From positions 5,727 through 69,726 of the forward strand of contig JBEKVJ010000002.1 of the NCBI GenBank assembly GCA_049514105.1: 64,000 nucleotides of DNA, read 5' to 3'. Shown here in pieces: positions 28,876 to 38,423 of this stretch. Numbering within the stretch: position 1 is the first letter of the stretch; the number at the start of each line of letters is the position of its first letter. Under the pieces are notes generated by a model. That model searched no databases and was not told the origin of the DNA. It was given only the letters and a program-made list of their open reading frames with translations. The DNA is from Acidimicrobiales bacterium (GTDB lineage Bacteria; Actinomycetota; Acidimicrobiia; Acidimicrobiales; Bog-793). The position numbers were made by a program, and so were the translations under genes.

Positions 28876-28960
28876 ACATCTGCTGCCTTTACGGCAGCTC
28901 GCGACACAAAGCCCAGGAGTCTTCCCAGAACTCGGGACCACCAGCCAATGGTGTCGGCGC

Positions 28961-29482
28961 TCAGCCCATCGTTTTCGCGCCGTCGAGCGACTCGCGGATG
29001 ATGTCCGCGTGACCGGCGTGCTGGGCGGTCTCGCCGATCAAGTGCAAGAGGACCCGGCGCGCTGACCAGCGTGCCCCGGGCGCGAACCAAGGGGCGGGCG
29101 GCAACGGCTGAGAGCGGTCGAGAGAAGGCAACGAAATCACGAGCTGCTCGGTCGCGCGGGCAACCTCCTCATAGCGCGACAACAGCCCGGCCAGAGTCTC
29201 GTCCTCACCCATGCAAAAGCTCGCTTCATGCTCCGCGCCGGCATCCTCACCGCCGGACGACAGCGCTTGTGGGCCCCGGACTATGAAATCGGCCCAGTTT
29301 CGCTCAACCCGGCTCAAGTGCTTGATCAAGCCCCCGAGACACAGCGCGCTGACGGTGGTCCGGGTCCGTGCCTGCTCGTCAGTCAGGTCCCTCACGGTAC
29401 GAAGCAAGAAGCCCCGATGGGACGCGAGAGCCTCAAGAAAATCGGCTCGCTCGCGGTCTTCTGTCGTGCCCTCGGTCGTCAT
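28961..29482 (-). CDS. DinB/DUF664 family protein
   Basis: 'LGGLIKHL..VE..W', 'RRVLLHLIGETAQHAGHADIIRESLDG'. Confidence 0.9.
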   Translation of the reverse strand: MTTEGTTEDRERADFLEALASHRGFLLRTVRDLTDEQARTRTTVSALCLGGLIKHLSRVERNWADFIVRGPQALSSGGEDAGAEHEASFCMGEDETLAGLLSRYEEVARATEQLVISLPSLDRSQPLPPAPWFAPGARWSARRVLLHLIGETAQHAGHADIIRESLDGAKTMG

Positions 29483-29785
29483 GGCCCCAACGGTAGCGGC
29501 ACGCAGAAGCGCTGAACTCGCTGACCAAGCCGGGCCTGAGTCTCGCTCTCATCGCTGTCTATCTTCGAGCCGAGGTGCTGCCTGAGCGTCTCACTAGGCC
29601 GGAGCAGTCGATTCGCCAAGCTTGTTCCGGGCCGGTCAGAAGGTACCGATGACATCTTGACTACGCACGCTGGTGCTAACGATGCCCAGTGCACTCACTC
29701 GGAGTGTTGCGACAGTGGTGATGCCGCCGATGGTGGCGGTAGATGCAGAATACAAGCCCGCATGCATCGGCTGTCGTTATACTGC

Positions 29786-29815
29786 TTGACGGTATATCGG
29801 TTTCCGGAGTATTGT
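29786..29815 (+). promoter_or_regulatory. Putative housekeeping-sigma promoter
   Basis: TTGACG-N18-TATTGT followed 6 nt later by ATG (29822). Confidence 0.5.
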
Positions 29816-29914
29816 CACGGTATGCTTCTCGTGATTGGCGCCACACGGTTCGCGAGCCGTGTCGCGTCCCGCGGCGAATACCCTGACCCCGGTGGCGAGC
29901 TTCGAAGCGTGTAG

Positions 29915-30352
29915 ATGAGCGCGTTCTGGTTGGGGACGGGCCTTGTCATCGTGGCCGTGGCTATCGGCCTGAACGAGGTGAGGCGACAGCGATGGCACCC
30001 TCGGCCTGTGCTCATCGTGCTCGTCGTCCTGCTCGTCGTCGCGTTTGTCCCACCCATGGAGTTGCGGAACCGGGCGCAGTGGCGCGCCGAGTTCGGAACC
30101 TTCAGCGCGACCGCTGCTCCACCAAGAGTCGACTTGTGCGGCCGCCGGTTTTACCCTGACGACGAGACGGTGACCCTCACACAAGCCAAGGATCAAGAAG
30201 GCCGCGCGCTCGGCGTCGTAGCGCGCACTCCTGCTGGGACTGCGATCCTCGCTAAGACCTCACACGCTCATGTCGGCGACTGCATCCTCACGCTGTATGT
30301 GGAGACAGCACCGGACCGCTATGTCGTCTACGAGCTGTCCGGAGGCCCCTGA
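29915..30352 (+). CDS. Hypothetical membrane-anchored protein
   Basis: Two hydrophobic segments, small Cys-pair extracellular domain ending 'YVVYELSGGP'. Confidence 0.65.
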   Translation: MSAFWLGTGLVIVAVAIGLNEVRRQRWHPRPVLIVLVVLLVVAFVPPMELRNRAQWRAEFGTFSATAAPPRVDLCGRRFYPDDETVTLTQAKDQEGRALGVVARTPAGTAILAKTSHAHVGDCILTLYVETAPDRYVVYELSGGP

Positions 30353-30374
30353 TCTACCCCTGGCGAGGTAGATC
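30351..30374 (+). terminator. Hairpin at gene end
   Basis: GATCTACC-N8-GGTAGATC perfect 8-bp stem at the stop codon; no U tract. Confidence 0.4.
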
Positions 30375-30714
30375 GCGTGCGAATCCTCCCGACAAGAAGC
30401 TACTGCTCAGCGCGATCGTCCTCAGCACCTGCGCGATCTCGCACAGAACGGTTCACCAACTCCTCACCATGTTCATCGACCGCGTTCTCGTCCCGGAGCC
30501 GGAGTGAGCTGGTCGATGCTGTTAGTCGGGTTACCGGCGGCAGGCTGAGCGCACTCATCGCAGTACTGGTCCGTCGGTGTCCTTTGGCGGCCCAGGCCGG
30601 TTGGCGCGGACTAAGTGGGCCAGGTCCCTCGTCCGCTCTAGATAAGTGATGACCGCGATAAAAGTCGTGGAAGTCAGGGCTGTCTGACCAAGCCCCGCGT
30701 CGTGTAATGGCGTC

Positions 30715-31791
30715 GTGGTGGATGTATACCTGCGCTTGGTGGCGACAAGACGCACATCGTGGCAGGTGCTGATGGTCATGAGCGCGCTCGTCGTTGGGAG
30801 CTTTACGACCGCACAAGTGGCACCTAAACGCGCCCTCGTAGGGTTGTCGAGGCCCAACCAGGCGACGACAGCCCGAGGCACTCTGACCGGAGAAGTCTGC
30901 CAACCTCAGGAGGGTCCACCTGAGGCGAAGGTGACCGTCTTCCTTGACGAAAGCAACGCCGGAGGACCGGGGAAGCAGATTCGGTCCGCGACCGTGCCAC
31001 GAAACGGCAGATACAGGTTCACATCAGTCGTTCAGGGGTCTTACCTTCTTGTCGGGCAATGGCTCGGCTCTCCACGCTTTCAGACGGGCGCTTCGGTGTG
31101 GGCTGGCCAAACCGAGGTGGTGAATCTTCCGACGTGCATTCCGACGACCGGAGTCGCCTACAAACCAGCGAGCGCTGCTGCCGTGCGACAGTTCCTAGCG
31201 GAGGCGACCCGCGGTGACGACCGAGCTTTCTCCGCTACCTATCGTTACCTCGGAGGGGAGATATACGGAACCGAGCAAACGGGCCAGACCTTCTCATTCG
31301 CCCAGAAACCGCACGGTCATGACTCCATCTACCCATGGGGAGCCGGTGATTTCGCCTACCGCGCTCAAAAGGGCGGCGAATCCCTGGAGTTCATCCAGCG
31401 GGTCCGTCATGATTACGAGTGCGTGCGTAACACGCCCGCTACGGCTTGGTCGTGCGAAGGCCCGAACAATAGGAGCATCGGCAACGCCCTCGCGGTTCTC
31501 GGTTTTGACGAGCAGGTGGGAATTCTCCGAGACATGCCTCTACCCACGAAGGACGCGGCGATGTCGTCGGGCACATTGAACGGGCTGAAGGTGACTTGCC
31601 TCCGATTCCAGGAATCCGATGGCTCACAGGTGACCTGGTGCATCACGGCCAGCGACATCACCGCCTTTGCGGCAGCTGAGAACATCGACAATGTGGAAAT
31701 ACTGACGCTCTCCCCCTCGCTAATCGCGGGCACCTTTTCGCTTCCTGCGCGCCCGGTGAAATGGTATGGGTACACAGGGTTGCCGACCTAG
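30715..31791 (+). CDS. Hypothetical exported protein with carboxypeptidase-regulatory-like N-terminal domain
   Basis: Hydrophobic N-terminus; 'GTLTGEV...NGRYRFTSVVQGSYLL'; Cys pairs; start uncertain. Confidence 0.6.
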   Translation: MVDVYLRLVATRRTSWQVLMVMSALVVGSFTTAQVAPKRALVGLSRPNQATTARGTLTGEVCQPQEGPPEAKVTVFLDESNAGGPGKQIRSATVPRNGRYRFTSVVQGSYLLVGQWLGSPRFQTGASVWAGQTEVVNLPTCIPTTGVAYKPASAAAVRQFLAEATRGDDRAFSATYRYLGGEIYGTEQTGQTFSFAQKPHGHDSIYPWGAGDFAYRAQKGGESLEFIQRVRHDYECVRNTPATAWSCEGPNNRSIGNALAVLGFDEQVGILRDMPLPTKDAAMSSGTLNGLKVTCLRFQESDGSQVTWCITASDITAFAAAENIDNVEILTLSPSLIAGTFSLPARPVKWYGYTGLPT

Positions 31792-31812
31792 ATCGGATAG
31801 GGGCCAACGACG

Positions 31813-32502
31813 ATGGCCGTCTGGGATGAACTAAAGCTCGTCCTGCTCGATCTGGAAGGCTCCGGCGGGCTCGCGGCATACCCCGACCCCCGGATGGACG
31901 AAGGCAGGGAGCCGCCTTTTGGGATTGACCTTGCCCCATGGGCCACCGACGTGGCCGAGCGACTAAGTTGTCAGTTCGGCGACGACGTGGAACTGACCGT
32001 CGGGGCGTTTCGTTACCCAGAACGGCAGCCGCTCCGACAGCCCGCGAGCGCTTCCGACGACATCGCGGAGATAGATCCGAGCGAGTTGACCGTCGAGCTT
32101 GACGCGCCCGTCGTCGTGGCCTCGGGACGAACGATCATGGGGGCGTTGCGCGTCCATAACATGAGCGCGCACACGAGTGTTATTGCGACCAACGGGCAAC
32201 TGACCGCGGAGGTTGTTGACCCGCAGACCGGGGCCGTCGTCGGAGGCTTCGTCGGTTCACAACGCTTGCCGCTTGTTCACTTTCGAGCCGCTCCGGGCGA
32301 AACCGTGATCGTGCCGTTGCTCGTCGGGACCGCCAGCTTTTTGCCTGACCTCGGGTACGCCATCCCGGCCGGGGAATGGATGATTCAGGCCATCGTCAAA
32401 CTGGACGAGAGCGGCGAAGCCGGTCGGCAGCGAAGGGTTACCGGCCGAGTTGTATCGCGCCGCTCGCGCACGCCATTGCTGCCCATCACCGTGACGAACT
32501 GA
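31813..32502 (+). CDS. Hypothetical protein
   Basis: 229 aa ORF with gene-like codon usage and a beta-rich C-terminal half; no family recognised. Confidence 0.65.
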   Translation: MAVWDELKLVLLDLEGSGGLAAYPDPRMDEGREPPFGIDLAPWATDVAERLSCQFGDDVELTVGAFRYPERQPLRQPASASDDIAEIDPSELTVELDAPVVVASGRTIMGALRVHNMSAHTSVIATNGQLTAEVVDPQTGAVVGGFVGSQRLPLVHFRAAPGETVIVPLLVGTASFLPDLGYAIPAGEWMIQAIVKLDESGEAGRQRRVTGRVVSRRSRTPLLPITVTN

Positions 32503-32526
32503 GGGCCTAGACGACCAGCGGCGTTG

Positions 32527-32586
32527 TTTTTCCCCCGTTTCTCCCTATCCCTCTACCAATTAGTAAAGGGAATAATCGGGGAAAAA
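32527..32586. terminator. Imperfect inverted repeat between convergent genes
   Basis: TTTTTCCCCCG ... CGGGGAAAAA with AT-rich centre. Confidence 0.35.
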
Positions 32587-32629
32587 TAGTGGCTCGGCTT
32601 CGGCCCTCCCCTTTGTCCGAACGAAGTGC

Positions 32630-33184
32630 CTACCCGAGTGGCCGGAACGAGTCGAGGAAGTTCTGGGCCTGCCTCTCGGTGCCCCGAGTCACTACCTGCG
32701 CGACCCATACGACGCCGCCGTGCGAAACCATGAGCGTCCCACGGCAATGGCTGGCAACACAGAACACCGGATTGGCGAGGACTGCGAATCCGGTTACGTT
32801 TTGAACACCGCTAGGGCCATCTGCTGACGGTGGTTCGGACAGTCCGTCGAACATGGCCCAGACGGTTTCAAGTGACGAGCCGCGCGGATCGAAGGGGACG
32901 TCGCCAATTACGGTTACCGCCTCCACGTTCCTTAGCGGGCGGTTCGAGATTGGCAGCACGAGCCAGCCGCTCGGATTGGTTTTGACCTGCCAGACCGGAA
33001 ACCTGCCGAGCCACGTCATCTGCGTGACATGGACCCGCCCCGAGAACCCTACGGAGAAGTGACCCCAAGAAGGCCCCTGGACGGTCTGACTTGTCCTAGC
33101 GGCCACTACCCCGGCACCGATGGCGATGACCGCGAGGATCGTCACGACGAAGGCAGCGCTGGGGCGGTGGAGCTTGTGCACCAC
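32630..33184 (-). CDS. Hypothetical exported/membrane-anchored protein
   Basis: N-terminal hydrophobic helix; ends 'AQNFLDSFRPLG'. Confidence 0.6.
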   Translation of the reverse strand: MVHKLHRPSAAFVVTILAVIAIGAGVVAARTSQTVQGPSWGHFSVGFSGRVHVTQMTWLGRFPVWQVKTNPSGWLVLPISNRPLRNVEAVTVIGDVPFDPRGSSLETVWAMFDGLSEPPSADGPSGVQNVTGFAVLANPVFCVASHCRGTLMVSHGGVVWVAQVVTRGTERQAQNFLDSFRPLG

Positions 33185-33346
33185 GATCAGGCTAACCCTG
33201 CCAAGTGCGCCAGGGCGGGGCTAAATCGCGATGGACGCCGACGTGCTCAATGGCGGAAACGCCAGCGCCACACCGGGTACCCGACAAGCGCGAGAACAAG
33301 GACGGCCCCAGAAGGCGCCACAGTGGTGGACCACCAACCGAGTTCA

Positions 33347-34309
33347 TTACGCCGCCCGCAACGAGTACAAAACCGTCCTTGCGATCATGCCGTTCCCGGC
33401 CAGCCCGATGGACACGTAGACCGGCTTCGAGCGCCCTGGAACGGTGAGCTTGAGGACGAGGATCGAGTACGCGGGCGACGTCGCGGGACAGGCGGTCAGG
33501 TCGTGGAGGGCGAGGCAACGGGTGGGAAAGGTCGTGGGGACCAAAAGGGGACTCCAGTCAACATCGACTTCGACACCGTTGCCAGGCTGCTGAGCAAGCG
33601 GTAGACGGAACGGCTGATGGCACACGGCAGGGTGAGTAGCCTTCGTCAAGAACACAGTGTCGCCAGTCATCGCTGGGCCCGTCCCGCCGCAGACTCCGAT
33701 GTCAACCCATCGGTACGTTCGCCAGTCTGCCGGGACCGAGAACTGCAACCCGGCAAAGGTCAATGAGCGCCACGCCGCGGGAACGACCGGCGCAGGACCG
33801 CTGGCGAGAGCGACAGCTCGGGGTGAGCGGGTCAGGGTTTCGGCGACCTGGCGTGCGACTGGCCCATAGGTATGCAGTTCGACTCCAATGGATGGGACGT
33901 AGTAGGTGAAATATGGGACCTTGCCGTGAGGCCCGAGAAGGACCTGCACTCCATTGAGAATCGTCGGCTTCTCACCTGCGTACTTCGAGGGAACACGGCG
34001 CATAGAGTCAAGACTCGCGAGTGTGGTCTGCTCGGTCACTTGACAAGCGGGACCGCCACTTGTTGGTCCGACAAACGTGACTCCCACCGAGCCAGAATCA
34101 CAGGACGGCGTTCGTGGATACAAGACGTAGAACGATGCAGGTACCGATATCTGAGCGTTTTCGTAAGCGACCGGTACCCACCCCTTTGGCGTGGCTGAGA
34201 GGTCAACGGTAGGGAGCGTCTTGGTCGTGGTGGACGGTGCCGCCGAGCTAGTGCACGCCGCGAGGACGAGGGTCAGGACCACTAGCACGAAGGCGCGCAC
34301 ACTCACCAT
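33347..34309 (-). CDS. Hypothetical lipoprotein with duplicated domain
   Basis: Lipobox LAAC; repeat motif 'PKGWVPVAYENAQISVPASF' / 'PAAWRSLTFAGLQFSVPADW'; GGGAG 7 nt upstream of ATG. Confidence 0.7.
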   Translation of the reverse strand: MVSVRAFVLVVLTLVLAACTSSAAPSTTTKTLPTVDLSATPKGWVPVAYENAQISVPASFYVLYPRTPSCDSGSVGVTFVGPTSGGPACQVTEQTTLASLDSMRRVPSKYAGEKPTILNGVQVLLGPHGKVPYFTYYVPSIGVELHTYGPVARQVAETLTRSPRAVALASGPAPVVPAAWRSLTFAGLQFSVPADWRTYRWVDIGVCGGTGPAMTGDTVFLTKATHPAVCHQPFRLPLAQQPGNGVEVDVDWSPLLVPTTFPTRCLALHDLTACPATSPAYSILVLKLTVPGRSKPVYVSIGLAGNGMIARTVLYSLRAA

Positions 34310-34355
34310 CCTCATGCTCCCATGAAGCCTGGAACGGTCGGGTTCGCGTACGAGA

Positions 34356-35867
34356 TCACTTGCAGTAGTCCGGGAAGTCGGCGGTGACGACAGCACCGGC
34401 GCGGACTGTCACACCCCTCGAACCCCACCAGCCTTTCACCTGGTACTCGCCTGGCCTGACCGAGAACCGGTATTTGGAACCCGATTTGACTGTCTCTGAG
34501 GCAACGAGCTTGGAGTCGTAGTAGAGGCTTATCTTGACGTGGAAGGCCCTACCAGCCGGGGCGATTCCCTCGCAGGCGAAGGCGTAACCGGTAACAACGC
34601 CGGTGGGCTTGGCAGTCCTCCCAGCCGCCGCCTTCACGGTCGGAGCCTTCACTGACTGCCAGGAGCGACCTCCGTTGCTGGTGCGCCATAACCTACTAAC
34701 ACTCTGCGCGAACCAGTCGGTCGCCGAGAGTGGAACGATGTTTCCCGCGCCAACACCCCTTGCCGCCCCCGGTAGTCGGACGAATGTGCGGCCTCCGTTC
34801 CTGGTGATCAGCGTGCCCTGTGCGCCCGCCACATCGAACAAGGCTTCGTCGTTGGACACAGCGAGGTAATCGTTTGTATTGGCGGCGTACTCCCCAGGCG
34901 GACGAAGGGTGAGGAAGTTCTGGCCCTCATCAGACGAGCGGACGAAGTAGCCGAAAAGCCCGGTTATGCAATGTCCCCAGAGAACTTTTGCCGAAGTGGC
35001 ACTTAGGTCGCAGCGCAGGCCACCCAAGCCATCACTCGGGAGAACGGAAAGGTTGTGACCCCCGTCGTTGGATACGAACAGGAGGGTGTTTCCTATTGCG
35101 CTGGTCACGGCGACCCAGAGCTTCGAGCCGAAGGCGGTCAACCCGACCTCGTAGTAGTCGGGGTAGTTGATTGCATGTCGGGACAATGGGAGGGCCTCCA
35201 TGGTCCAGGAATCGCTCGTCACCGCAGACGATGCCAAATCGAGCGACCGGCACTCAGTCTTGGAGCAGTCTTGGTAGGCGGCGAGGAACGCCCTGCCGTT
35301 CGCGGTGACAATGGGCGAGGTAATCACCCCGAGCGAAGGCGCAAGTCGCCAAAGCTTGCCGCTGTCTATCGTCTGATAGAGCGACGGTCCGCCTAATGGT
35401 GTTTGTTGCAGGAGTCCGTAGCCGTCCCGTCGGTTCGCGAACTCGAGGCCGTACATGCCCGCAGGAGGCGTACCGACCCTGACGAAGGACTTCCCGCCGT
35501 CGGTGCTTCGCATGAGCACAGGGCAAGTTCCAGCGGCACAGGGATACGTCCCGAGCATCCACAGGTAACCGTCGGCACCGGTAACCGCGGTCGGGGTGAC
35601 CTTCGCTGATGTAACCGTCTGCGTGCTTGCCGGGGTCGTTTTCGCCGGGGCGACGAGACTGTGGAACAGACTGACGTGGGGAAGGGGGACAAAGAACACG
35701 ACCACAATGGCAGCAGCGACAAGGACGGTCGTCACCCGGCGAGCAACGCGGGGTCGGCGCGTGGCAGACAGCGTTGGCATCCGGCCCGGACTAATCGGAG
35801 CTTTCGCGAGGGCTTGAAACGTCTCACGAAGCCTTGTCTCAAGAACGTCGTCGCGCATGTTCGTCAC
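34356..35867 (-). CDS. Putative anti-sigma factor with extracellular BNR/Asp-box beta-propeller
   Basis: GTGA overlap with sigma gene; short cytoplasmic 'LETRLRETF' helix, single TM, repeated 'STDGGKSF', 'TIDSGKLW', 'SNDGG', 'TRNGGRTF', 'TSNGGRSW'. Confidence 0.75.
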   Translation of the reverse strand: MTNMRDDVLETRLRETFQALAKAPISPGRMPTLSATRRPRVARRVTTVLVAAAIVVVFFVPLPHVSLFHSLVAPAKTTPASTQTVTSAKVTPTAVTGADGYLWMLGTYPCAAGTCPVLMRSTDGGKSFVRVGTPPAGMYGLEFANRRDGYGLLQQTPLGGPSLYQTIDSGKLWRLAPSLGVITSPIVTANGRAFLAAYQDCSKTECRSLDLASSAVTSDSWTMEALPLSRHAINYPDYYEVGLTAFGSKLWVAVTSAIGNTLLFVSNDGGHNLSVLPSDGLGGLRCDLSATSAKVLWGHCITGLFGYFVRSSDEGQNFLTLRPPGEYAANTNDYLAVSNDEALFDVAGAQGTLITRNGGRTFVRLPGAARGVGAGNIVPLSATDWFAQSVSRLWRTSNGGRSWQSVKAPTVKAAAGRTAKPTGVVTGYAFACEGIAPAGRAFHVKISLYYDSKLVASETVKSGSKYRFSVRPGEYQVKGWWGSRGVTVRAGAVVTADFPDYCK

Positions 35868-36364
35868 GACAACTCCTTCCGTAACGATGCCAGAGCGTGG
35901 TGGAGATTCGACTTGACGGTGCCCGGCCGACAGGAGAGGAGGCTCGCTATCTCTACCTCAGGGAGGTCCTCGTAGTAACGGAGTACGACGACGGCGCGTT
36001 GTCGGAACGGAAGCCGACACACAGCGCCCCAGGTTTCGTCGAGGTCAGGGTTCTCGACCAGACGAGGGACAATCGCAGGTTGGCGACGCTGCACTCGAAG
36101 GTGGCGAAGATGGCTGCGACTCAGATTGACCACCGTGGTTCGGAGGTAGGCGGGGGGATTGTCCAGAGGCCGTCTTGTTCTGGCGATCCGAACAAAAGAC
36201 TCCTGTACAAGTTCCTCGGCGTCTGGCGCGGAACCGACCAGCAGCAGAGCCAGCCGGACCATCCGGTCGCGCTCGGTGCGATACAGAGCCTCTAGGTCCT
36301 CAGCGGAGACTCCCCCACGGACGTTGGCAGGTGACGCCCTGACTGTCCCGCTGGCAGTGCTCAC
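35864..36364 (-). CDS. ECF sigma-70 factor (actinobacterial SigE-like)
   Basis: 'LALLLVGSAPDAEELVQESF', 'AYLRTTVVN', 'LPFRQRAVVVLRYYEDL...GTVKS'. Confidence 0.93.
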   Translation of the reverse strand: MSTASGTVRASPANVRGGVSAEDLEALYRTERDRMVRLALLLVGSAPDAEELVQESFVRIARTRRPLDNPPAYLRTTVVNLSRSHLRHLRVQRRQPAIVPRLVENPDLDETWGAVCRLPFRQRAVVVLRYYEDLPEVEIASLLSCRPGTVKSNLHHALASLRKELS

Positions 36365-36373
36365 ACTCTCTAT

Positions 36374-36399
36374 GACGCTTAGCCTCCCAGAAAGGTTGC
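36374..36399 (-). promoter_or_regulatory. Putative ECF autoregulatory promoter
   Basis: Minus strand GCAACC-N16-CGTC, 9 nt before the sigma GTG. Confidence 0.6.
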
Positions 36400-36438
36400 A
36401 TGGGGTCAGGCCACGCTTCTCCGCGTACCGCCACTCTC

Positions 36439-36466
36439 TTGACGCGGACTACGGCAAGCGTATAGT
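36439..36466 (+). promoter_or_regulatory. Housekeeping-sigma promoter, leaderless GntR transcript
   Basis: TTGACG-N16-TATAGT-N6-GTG. Confidence 0.6.
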
Positions 36467-36472
36467 CACACT

Positions 36473-36835
36473 GTGAGCAGTACCACTCCGAAAGTTGCCA
36501 TCGACTTCGACAGCCCGGTCCCACTCCACGAGCAGGTCGCTGCCGCCATCCGCAGAGCCATCGCCGACGGGGAGGCGAAACCCGGTGAGCGGCTCCCCCC
36601 GGCTCGGGACCTAGCCGCGGTGCTCGGGGTCAACTCGAACACGGTGTTCCGGTCCTTGCACACACTCCGCGACGAGGGACTCTTGGAATTCTCCCGCGGG
36701 CACGGCGTGACGGTCACCGGCGCCGCGCTTCAACGTGGTGCTGTCGTGGCGAAGGCGCGGGAACTGGTCAAGCTGGCGCGCAAGTTCGGGTACCACCCCG
36801 ACGAGCTGGTGGCGATCATCGAGCAGGTGTCGTAG
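36473..36835 (+). CDS. GntR family regulator (YtrA subfamily)
   Basis: 120 aa; 'PLHEQV...KPGERLPPARDLAAVLGVNSNTV'. Confidence 0.92.
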   Translation: MSSTTPKVAIDFDSPVPLHEQVAAAIRRAIADGEAKPGERLPPARDLAAVLGVNSNTVFRSLHTLRDEGLLEFSRGHGVTVTGAALQRGAVVAKARELVKLARKFGYHPDELVAIIEQVS

Positions 36836-36843
36836 GAGGCATC

Positions 36844-37845
36844 GTGATCGTCCCGGAGAAGTCCCAAGAACTGATCATCGACGCCGCAGATGCTGAGTCG
36901 CTGGAAGCCGAGGCGCTGATCAAAGAAGCGCGCCAGCGTCAGCGGAAGCGTCAGTTGTTCATCGCGGTCGTCGTGCTCGTCGTCGCGCTCGGCTCTGTCA
37001 TCTGGGTCGCTTCGGCCGCTGGGACCAGAGCGCCGTCCTCGAACAAGACGGGACCGGGCAAATCCGCAGGGGGGGCTGGCTTGGCCGGTAGTCGCCATGC
37101 CAATCCTTTGCAACTGGTCGGGGTCTGGCGAGTCACCGGGACCGGACAGCACCGACCGGCCATCGCTTCTATTGGCGGCCTGGGACTAGTCGTATGGCAA
37201 TCGTGTGGGTGGATGTCAGGGGACTGGAACGCAAACCAGCAGGGATTATTTGCAGGAATCCTGAGCGGTGGCGTTCCGGCGTGCGCTTCCTCGTATGCGA
37301 GCTTGAACCCGGCGTGGCTCGCCGCCACCGGCTACAAGGGGGATGGTCGCGACGAGTTGCTGCTCGCTGCAGACGGTCGTGTCCTTGCACATTTGGTTCC
37401 GACCACGGTGCCGCCTTCCTACGCGAGAGCTATGTCACCCGATTACCTCCACCCGGTGGTGACACCCCAACTGCGAAAGGTCCTACTTCAAGTCAGCCGT
37501 CCGCTTCCATCCGGCCTCGCCCAAGTATCGACAAAGCAGCTTCGAGGTCGTTGGGGTCCAGCCAAGGCGTCACCAGGGCACGCGCCCCATCAGGCGTACC
37601 TCTCGTTCAACGCGGACGGCGACTGGTCAGGCTCCGACGGGTGCAACGGACTCTATGGCAGGTGGAGCCTGGGTTCGGGTGCCACCATCCTTGTCGCCAC
37701 TGGGCCGCAAACGACCATGGCCTGCACCGGCATGACTCCTGTCGGCGGATGGCTGTCTCAGGCAACCCGCGCGGCGTTCCAGGGAAGTGTTCTCGTCTTT
37801 GTAAACGCTGGCGGTAAGGTGACGGGTCGATTGCGCCGAGAATGA
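36844..37845 (+). CDS. Membrane-anchored META (HslJ-like) domain protein
   Basis: SD AGGAGG; 'EALIKEARQRQRKR' plus TM; META motif 'SGSDGCN...TTMAC'. Confidence 0.75.
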   Translation: MIVPEKSQELIIDAADAESLEAEALIKEARQRQRKRQLFIAVVVLVVALGSVIWVASAAGTRAPSSNKTGPGKSAGGAGLAGSRHANPLQLVGVWRVTGTGQHRPAIASIGGLGLVVWQSCGWMSGDWNANQQGLFAGILSGGVPACASSYASLNPAWLAATGYKGDGRDELLLAADGRVLAHLVPTTVPPSYARAMSPDYLHPVVTPQLRKVLLQVSRPLPSGLAQVSTKQLRGRWGPAKASPGHAPHQAYLSFNADGDWSGSDGCNGLYGRWSLGSGATILVATGPQTTMACTGMTPVGGWLSQATRAAFQGSVLVFVNAGGKVTGRLRRE

Positions 37846-37848
37846 TAG

Positions 37849-38423
37849 ATGTAGGTCATCGAGGAACCCCGACGGACTGAGGCAAGCCTTCCGGACGCCC
37901 AGGCGCTCATCAAAGAAGCGCGCGAGCGCCAGCGGAGAGGCCGCTTGTTCATCGGCGTCGTCGTCCTCATGGCTGTAACCGTGAGTGGCGTCATCTACGC
38001 CATCGTCAGCGGGCCGAGTGCCAGAACGCGCCGCACCGGCACTTCGTCACCAACCAAGACAGTTTCGGCTTCCGGTGCCTATGTTTCGCCGAAGGCCCCA
38101 TACGCGTTGGCCGTCACCCCGAATGGTGACCTACTCGTTGTCGATAGCGGTCGGGACCAGATTCTGCGGCGTCTGCCCTCGGCAAGTTCCAAGTACTAGC
38201 CGGTGACGGCAGGCGGGGGTTCTCTGGGGATGGGGGTCCGGCGGTCCAGGCCGAGGTCAACCTCGATTACCAGGCGGGCATCGCAGTCGCGAAAGACGGC
38301 ACCATCTACTTTGCCGGCGCCCAGAACGGCAGGGTCCGCGAGATTCTTCCCGACGGCATCATCGTATATAGACCACGTCAAGTGCCCTGCTCAGCCGCCT
38401 ACGAAAGTTCCCGCCAGCGATAA
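37849..38423 (+). pseudogene. Degraded NHL-repeat membrane-anchored protein
   Basis: ATG TAG at codons 1-2; 'QALIKEARERQRR' plus TM; frameshift at ~38181 restores 'GKFQVLAGDGRRGFSGDGGPAVQA...GIAVAKDGTIYF...GRVREI'; truncated against the 3' end of tag. Confidence 0.75.

Noticed and set aside
29483-38423. Prophage or integrative element
   Set aside because: No integrase, transposase, phage structural gene or flanking tRNA/att repeat seen.
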